Assembly: GCF_963506605.1 (NCBI RefSeq)
Contig: NC_083277.1
Span: forward strand, 95,046,001 to 95,110,000
DNA: 64,000 nt
Origin: Zootoca vivipara
Lineage: Eukaryota
Direction: 5' to 3'
Part shown: in pieces, positions 51,900 to 64,000 of the stretch
How the letters are laid out: each line of letters starts with the position of its first letter
Position numbering within the stretch: the stretch's first letter is position 1
Made by a program: the position numbers and the translations under genes
The notes under the pieces: model-generated
What the model saw: only the letters and a program-made list of their open reading frames with translations
Told to the model about the DNA's origin: nothing
The model's database searches: none

Positions 51900-52234
51900 A
51901 ACCCAACCCTCCACCCTCCGTCGCACGCCCAAGCTCCGTGCCCAAGCTCACCTTCCCTCGTACAGGAAGTCCCGCCCCTTGACGGGACTTCCCATGTTTC
52001 CTTGCGGGCCCAGCTCCTATAAAGCCTCGCGCTACAACGGCGCCTGCTGCTGCTACTTCTTTATTTCGCGCAGCCCAGCCTGCACGTGCGCGCTCTTTCT
52101 CTCTTTCTCTCTCCGCCCCCCACCCTTCTCCTCCTCTCGCTCGGCTTTCCTGTCCTCCCTGCCTTATCCGCATCCGGTCCCCGGTGTAGCGCGGCCGGAA
52201 GTTTAGGCCCCGGGAGCCGGAGGGAGCCGCCATC
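51900..52234. promoter_or_regulatory. Bidirectional ANAPC11/ALYREF CpG-island promoter, including probable ANAPC11 noncoding exon 1 (minus-strand donor AAG/GTGAGC at 51952)
   Basis: Head-to-head genes; ETS sites CAGGAAGT at about 51963 and CCGGAAGT at about 52195, TATAAA 52018-52023, YY1-like GCCGCCATC next to the ALYREF ATG. Confidence 0.8.
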
Positions 52235-56335
<4,101 letters not shown>

Positions 56336-56608
56336 AGCTGTTGGCGCATCTTGTGCATGGGAAGGACTGCAGACATCTCATTCCATGTTCCCCAGTGGGA
56401 GAAGAAGGGTGGATGGCGGCAGCGGCTACTAATATCAAGAATGGAATTTGTTTTACTTTTATGTTCTGGAATAGGTTTCAAACTCATGTAAAGGTTTCTT
56501 TCTCTTTTTTTAAAAATTCTGAGACAGATCTGTTTTGTACCGAGTTATTTTTGGGAAAAATTTTACTGGTTGCCTGTTGGGCCAAGATGGCTTTTTCACC
56601 TTGGCAGT

Positions 56609-56614
56609 AATAAA
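56609..56614 (+). terminator. ALYREF polyadenylation signal
   Basis: AATAAA about 275 nt after TAA. Confidence 0.7.
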
Positions 56615-58440
56615 ATAGAAATGTGTCTAGAGCTGTAAATGTCTGCTTCCTGTTGCAGCTGGAACCTAGTCTTGAGGCTGCAGAAGCCAAGGCAGGTAGA
56701 GGAGCCAGGTGTCTGGCAGCAGGCCCCTAGCAAAAGAGTTGGTGCTGATTGCCCTTCCTAAGGGGAGGGATTCTGTTATCTCAGGTCTCTCTCCTCCACT
56801 CTGCCCCCGTATGGGCTTGTAAACTGTATTTTCCCCATCTCCTGTGTGCTGACTCTTATTCGTCTGTGCTAAAGCCAACCGGTGTGACTGCTTTCGCAAG
56901 GAGAGGATGGTGGTCTCCAGTGAAAATGCTCCACCCTTAGTGGTCATGAGAGGGAGTAAATTTCTTGTTAAAGTCGTTTTTGTATTTAACACTTGATTCC
57001 AAAGTTCAGTGCTGGTCCCACCTCAGTATTTTTACTGTAAAATAAGTTGCTGTGAAAACTCAGTGACTCCAACATGCCAAGTAAAGATTTAGTCTTTCAA
57101 CTTGCAATTCCCTATTGAATTCTTATTTCAAGAACTTATGTTTGGTGGCATTTACCGGTATTATGGTCTTTTCTCACTGCTGCTGATATAGTGGGTTATA
57201 ATATAGTCATTTCCAGGTCTTGGGAGATCGGAAGACAGAGTACATATTGTAATATTGTGGTGGGGTGAAGGGGATCTTTATCTCCTATGTTTGGTGGGCA
57301 TTAACCTCAAGCCATTCATAGAGACATTGTGCCAGTGCCACCCAAGGATACAGGTTTCTCTCTCCCCACCAGTTAACAGCTTTGAATATGAAAGAATCTG
57401 TGTCTTCATGGTTTTTGGCACACTTTCACTTCAGCACCACAGCTCCCTAATGCTGAAGGTGAGAGTAGGAACACCAATCTGAAACAGTACCAAAATTACA
57501 GAAGAAGTATCTTTCATAATTGCATTTCTATTTAAGGAAATACATTTAACAAAGCAAAAAGGGGGAAAGCTTTGCATACAACAAGTGTAGATACTTGCTA
57601 GACATTGTGATCTGTCACTAATTATATGCAACAAATTGTCAAGATCAAACTAATATCCATAAATACCTATTACGATAATGAATACTAGGTGAAAATTTCA
57701 GTTGGGAAAACCTGACATTGGCTACGTTTAAGGTATGCGGTGATGGTGGATGTGTTAACTTCATCGGTGTAGAAAATATGACTGGAAGTGGGTGTGGGAC
57801 TGGTAACCTTCCCTATTTTGAACTCCCAGCTCCTTATCTACCAGAGCCAACATGACTAGTAGTCATAGTTAGCCATTCATGATTTAAGGTAATGAGGAAA
57901 AATAACTTTCTGTACAAAATTCAGATAGCCATAGAAGGTTGTGTTATATTTTTAAGAAAGTTTTCAACTTATTCCCAGATACTTGTGTGCATTCTGTTTT
58001 GTATTCAGTTAGTTGAAATTATACCCTAGAACATTAATGCTTAATTGCATCGAGGCATATATAAACTTTGTATACAAAAAACTTTATATACAAATACATC
58101 AGTTCCCTGCATCCCATTTAATGGGGACTGTTGTGTGTGTATAGTAGAAACCTTGCTTTAAATGATACAGTACTCATTTTATAAAAGACTAGTTTCTCAT
58201 TTCAGAATAGTACCAGCTTTTTTGAGATTCTTAACCCTTAACTGTTTAGCAATATGAGCTACCGGTACTATAGAGCAATGAAGGAAAGCCCCACACTACA
58301 AAATAGGGAATATAATTAACAATTGTTTTAATACATGGTGTACATGTGCATACTTAGCAAAGAGTTACTGCCCTTCCTAGGTACATTTTAAAGCTGTAGC
58401 TAAACATATATAGAATAGCACTGTGCTACACTACTTTTTA

Positions 58441-58792
58441 GGGATGCAGGTGGCGCGGTGGTCTAAACCACTGAGCCTAGGGCTTGCTGATCTGAAGGTC
58501 GGAGGTTTGAATTCCCGTGATGGGGTGAGCTCCTGTTGTTCGGTCCCAGCTCCTGCCCACCTAACAGTTCGAAAGCATGTCAAAGTGCAAGTAGATAAAT
58601 AGGTACTGCTCCGGCGGGAAGGTAAACAGTGTTTCTGTGCGCTGCTCTGGTTCACCAGAAGCGGCTTAGTCATACTGGCCACATGACTGTCTGCGGACAA
58701 ATGCCGGCTTCCTCGGCCTATAGAGCGTGATGAGTGTCGCAACCCCAGTCGTCCGCGACTGGACCTAACGGTCAGGGGTACCTTTACCTTTT
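58441..58792 (+). mobile_element. Full-length Sauria SINE with 12-bp TSD
   Basis: TSD CACTACTTTTTA at 58429-58440 and 58793-58804. Confidence 0.9.
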
Positions 58793-59022
58793 CACTACTT
58801 TTTAGTAATTGCAAAAACTGCATTTTGTTTTTTTAGGATTACAGTATTTTAAATACTATAGGGATTAAGTTTGTCGTTCCTTGAAAAACATATTTAATGA
58901 GGTAGTGGGCAATTGGCTAATTTGGACTTGTTTATGAGTGGGCACACAATTCATGTAGTGCAAATTAAAAATATGTTGGCATAGATTAATCGGGCAGCAG
59001 TTCAGTCTTTTAACACATCAGT

Positions 59023-59175
59023 TCTAGTTACAGGTACGTGTTGGTCTGACGTAGAAACAAAATAAATTCCTTCCAAACCAACTAAGTTTGTCATTGGTAT
59101 GAGCTCTTGTGTGCATGCTCATACCAATGACAAACTTGGTTGCTCTCTAAGGTGCTACTGGAAGGAACTTTTTTA
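59023..59175. mobile_element. Penelope-like inverted terminal remnant
   Basis: Inverted AAGTTTGTCATTGGTATGAGC / GCTCATACCAATGACAAACTT, CTCTAAGGTGCTA end motif, flanking 15-bp duplication TTTTAACACATCAGT. Confidence 0.65.
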
Positions 59176-59799
59176 TTTTAACACATCAGTGTTCCCCATG
59201 TGTGCACAACACTCGTTGGAATGGATCATGCGTTGCCTTCGTAAATGCAGGCTGTATTCTTTAAGAAAGCGTTAAAGAGTTGCTTACGCCTAATACTTCC
59301 TAATCGTTCAGTGGTCCGCTCTTGTGTGTTTACCCCCAAAAGCTGAACATTTCCAAATTGGTGTCCCGTATTCTTGCACGTCAATTCCGCATGAAAAAAT
59401 AAGTTTTTATTTGATGGCGGTGAGAAGTAATCCTCTGCTGAGATGACCTGTGTTTACCGCTAAAATCCTAAATATACAGTACCGTACTTACGTTTATGAG
59501 GAAGCGAGGCTCACCAAACAAGGACGGGGGAAGAAATGGGGTGGGGGCAATTTGGGCATAATATTTAGAAGCCAGGCTGTGGGGAGGTGGCAAAAACAAT
59601 TCCTGTAAATGTATAGGACAAACAATGGAAGGGTGCGATGGTCACTTAACGTGGTGTGGAAGAGGGAACTCAACGTTTGCCGCTGCTGCAAAAACCTCGC
59701 CACCGCCCCTCTTCCCCCTCCTATGCCTTCCTCCAGTGCTAGAAGAAAAGGCCTCGGACCCCCTAAAAGCCTCGACGTCCTTCTCCACACAATGGAAGA

Positions 59800-60500
59800 G
59801 CGTCATCCGCCCGGCGCACAGGAGACAAAAGTCCGCCATTCCCACCCCAAGATGGCCGCCGGGCGGGGAAAAGAGGAATTTCGCCCCGCCCTCTTTCCCG
59901 TCTCCCTATCTCATATGTAGATACTCTAGGCGTTGGGGCGCGCTCTCTCTGATCCGGCTCGGCTCCCTTTTCCCGCCTCCGCTTTAGAAGCCAATGCGCG
60001 GCCCGCTCACCGGACGTGACGTCTCACCGGAGGGCGGGTGGCAGCCGGGATAGCCTGCCTGCCGGCGGAAGGAAGTGACGCCAAGGGAACATCGCGGAAG
60101 TGTGGGGGCGGGTGTGCGCGCGCGGGGTGGATCTGGGCGGTGGCGGGCGGCGTTTGTCACCGGTGGCGGCAGAAATAGCAGGAGCAGCGACACCAGCAAC
60201 ACCGGCGCAAGGTAGAGGCCGGCGCTGGGCAAGGGGGCTGCAACTGAGGTCGGGGCTTCTGGGCTTGGGGCGGGCTGCTGCTGCTGCAATGCTTGAGAAC
60301 CTCTTTTTATCCCGTATTTCCCCCCCTATCCTGCTTCTCCACCCCACCCTTCTTTGGCTTTGGCGATGATGGTCGCCCGCCGTTTCTGCTCGCCATCGCC
60401 TCTGCGGGGTGGCTTTTTGGTTACCCTTCCGCCCTAGTGGGAGTCGCACACCTCAGGGCCGGTTTGCGTTATGAATGGGCGACCTGTGCGCGCGCCCGTT
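59800..60500 (+). promoter_or_regulatory. CpG-island promoter with probable noncoding exon 1 (donor AAG/GTAGAG at 60211); ARHGDIA inferred from synteny only
   Basis: YY1-like AAGATGGC 59849, CCAAT 59991, CRE-like TGACGTC 60017, GGAAGTG x2, GC boxes; no ARHGDIA coding exon seen in the window. Confidence 0.6.
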
Positions 60501-63500
60501 AATATTTCGGTTGGGGTGCCGTCCATTGAGCTCTGCAGCTAACTTCCTCTCGCCATCCCTTAATAGTCTCCCGTGCCTGTTAGTGCTGCCATGTAGGCAC
60601 CTGCTCGCATGGGGTGGGGGAGGGAATAAACTTCCCTTTCTGATGGCTAATCCTAGATATATATATATATTTTACTCTGTTCATACTCAGATTTCTTGTT
60701 CTTGCCTTCCTTTATAATAAGCGACCAGTTCCCATGCTTTTGTTTCTTTGTCTGTTTCGTTGGAATAGGCCTAAAGTGTATCTCTGCCTGCTCTATAGCT
60801 GCTTGGGTAGGCGTTGCTGGACTTCACACCTTCCTGGTCTTTCCTCCATAGGAGCTCTTATTTTTTTCCTCAGCAATTTCCTTCAAGTCAAGCCTGCAGC
60901 AAGTGTGTGTTAAAGTTATTTTTGTAAGTGCCTGCTCAGTTTATCATTGACATGAAATTTCACACAAGGCCTTTGAGAAAGTCGCTATATGAGAGAATGT
61001 GGGTGAGCTTGAGGGCTTTATTTGAGTTAAAACGTGGCATTTGGTCACTTGTTTCCCCCCTGGAGTAAGGGGGGCTCAGTATTGTACAGAGAGTGCCATT
61101 TCATCCATGACTGAGTTGATATATTTCTGTTTCTAGGTTTAGAACAGAGGAAGCCAATGTGGTGCCATCCAGGTGTTGTTGGACTCCTGTCATCCCTGAC
61201 CATGCTGCTTGGGGCTGATGGGAGTTCTAGTCCAGCAGTCTTAATGTAAACAGTCTACAGGCTTGAAAAGCATCTCTTCTTTTTATATTAAGCCCTGGTG
61301 TGGGTGAAAGTTCATATCACAATCACTAACGAAGGTCACTACTCAAACTGTTCTATTAACAAAACCTTTATTTGAGCCTGTTCTCTCCATGGGATATGCT
61401 TCATGTTGGCTCTGCTTATAGAACCCTACAAAGGGGTTGGATTGAAACATTGGGACTAATTGCCTGCACATTGAGATGTGGATGAAATGCATATCCTATG
61501 GACCAACAGCATGCTATGCAGCTAATGCTAATTCCATAGCAAAATGTGATTGATAATAGGGTACGTATTTATGGCAGTATGATCATATTTGTGGCTAAAA
61601 GTCATTGGATGCAGAGGATCAATTTGACCGCTATACATTTGTGGAGCTTTGTTGCCATAGGTAGGGCTGTATCACTTTTTTAGCATTGGATTAATGACAC
61701 TGATAAAATGTTTTCAGGGCATAATAGCTGATCTATTCTTTTAGCAGTCTTCTGGAAAGACCTAGAGATGCTGGAGGGGCACCCACAGACCTGGACTCTG
61801 TTGTTACTGAGTGTTCTGTAGTCTAAGTGTCCAGTAGTAGCAGAGGTGTTGAGAGTGGGAGGCACAATGTTATCTGCACAGGTTAGTCATACCTTATCTG
61901 TAAGGTGTGTGTGTAAATCTAGTGCCAACTTCTCGGTCCTGCAAACAGTTATAAGAATATAAATTCATGCCGTATACAGGAGGAAATTACAAAAAAAGGC
62001 TGTAAAACAATATTCCTTCTAACAGTAATGCTATGTCTGTACTGTAATGGGTAAAGCTGCTTAGATTCAACATGGAACCTGTCTGCATCCTTTCTGAGAG
62101 TGCACTAAATCTTAGCTACATTTCCTGAACCAGCCTGTTGCACTGTAGGCTTCCTTTTATAGACTGCAACTAATCAGCCAAGATTTGGTTTAGGGTAGGG
62201 ACCTTTCTGGCTCTACAGGCCACATTTCAGAGTCACAAATGATGCTCGGAGAACTAGCAGGCAGCAAGGTGGTGCTAAAAGCAAGATTCCCTTCCCACTT
62301 CATTTCAGCAGCTTATTTCACTGCAAACCAATGTTGGAAGATGCTCCTGCTTAGTGTTGTGTTCCTGCTTTGTGCAGGACTTGCGACTCCTGACAACCAG
62401 CTGGTTGTTGGGCACTTTGGAAGCTGCTTAAGCAGACTATGACAAGACCTCAACCTTTTGACTCAGCCTTGTCCATACTCATGCGGGGTAAGGTAGATAC
62501 ATACCATAAGAGTGGCTTGCCCAAAATGGCCTCATTGTCCAAATGGGGAAGTCCGGAAGGCCAAGATTGGCCTCTGGGTCAGAGGGTCCTGGGGGACTGA
62601 AATCTGGTCAGTCTTGATGCTCAGTGAATCACATCAGGAATATGCTGGAAGCAGAAGCTTTATCCTTGATGTAGCCATTCTGTATGAAAAAAACTCAGCA
62701 AGGAAGATGCTTCTCTTCTGCTTTAGGGAAGGTACAGGTTTTTTCCCTCTTATCGGTAGGCTGTGGGTGAAATAAAGGAAATGTAATTGACTACAGTCAA
62801 GCAGTGTTTGGTGGATCTTTGATAAGTGATCTAGCTGCCAGTGTGCTACAAGTTATCCAGTCTGTCTACCTACTTATACTCTGGATTGCTTCAGCTGCTT
62901 TGCCGATCTTGTGGCACTATTCTGTAAGAGGTCCTGCTAGCTTGGTCTTCACTTTCTCAGTTCCAGCACTCAGAGCTCAGCTAACACACAACTGACCTTT
63001 TTGCACCAGTGATCTACTGGCTTTGGGCTTCCTAATGTTTTAGGTTGGCATTGTAGCAGTACCAGTAAAAGCCAGGACTCCTGTCATGCCTTTACTCTGG
63101 TCAATATTTGCTGCTCTGTTTCCATGGTGAGTGCTTGTGTATGCTGCAGCTTAGCAAACTTGTACTATCAGCTAATACATCGTGGCAAATGAACGTTGCA
63201 CAGCGGGTAAATGCAGATTAGAATCTGTCGTGCCTAATTCTCCACCAGTATGAGAACTTCAGAGCACTCAAGCAAAGCTCACCAATGCTTGGAGGCTATA
63301 AAATGCCGGTTTGTGAAAGAGTTCTGTATCAGGCTGTTCTCCTGGCTTTAAAGGCTGCGAATGTTTTAGCAACAAAGTCTTTTCAATTCTGTATGAAATG
63401 CTAACAGATGTGGTCAAAACCAGCAAGAGTTACATGATCTGGCAATCAATGGCTTCCTGCATCCCCTGGCTCAATTGTGCATGTAAAAAGGATAAATCCA

Positions 63501-64000
63501 AACTCCCCACTGATCCCTTTCTCCCTCACTGCAGCAGAGTGCATTAGCTCTAAGGCTAATGGGATCTCCAGTTCGTTCAGATGGAACATTCTGCCAAAGT
63601 GAATTAGTGGCTCAGCCTTGGGGACCATTCGTGTGAGGAGCTTCTGTTCTTGCCTCTCATCAGCAGCAAATTTCCCTGGTGGCAAAACCCTGTGTCTTCC
63701 CTGCAGTGCTGAATGTTTCTCTGTCTGTTTGGCAGTCTGATTAATGATGTGGATTGTGCTTTCTTGGAAGACCTTGCTTCTCTGGGACCCCCCCTTCTTC
63801 CCTTTAGAAACATCCAAAGGGTGAAAAGACTGGATGAGTAGCGAGGGTCTGTCAGTAGAAGAAACTGGGAGCAGTGCTGGCAAGCAGTAATGCTGGGCAG
63901 TTGCAAACAAGCTGCCCTGCTGCTCCTGAAATATGTTAGCTGTAAAATAGAGCCCAATGCATTAGTTTTGGCCCTTTCACACTAAAGATTGCTTACACAT

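Overview
Vertebrate genomic DNA, almost certainly a squamate and probably a lacertid lizard, judged by its Sauria SINEs, BovB, CR1, Penelope and hAT MITEs. It carries the conserved gene block SIRT7 (3' part, +), PCYT2 (+), NPB (-), ANAPC11 (-) and ALYREF (+), followed by a CpG-island promoter and noncoding first exon that synteny suggests is ARHGDIA (+). All coding exons in the window were reconstructed from splice sites and reading-frame continuity. Most ORFs in the supplied track are spurious or transposon-derived. I see no new multi-gene system. The best leads are: (1) a U12 minor intron in PCYT2 containing a second U12-type acceptor, an in-frame stop and AATAAA, i.e. a candidate alternative terminal exon that removes the second cytidylyltransferase domain; (2) a 211-bp near-perfect direct duplication bracketing the ANAPC11/ALYREF bidirectional promoter; (3) a fold-back cluster in ANAPC11 intron 1, made of an inverted BovB pair differing only at synonymous sites plus a 117-bp palindrome; (4) a Sauria SINE insertion with a 3' tail at both ends inside one target-site duplication.
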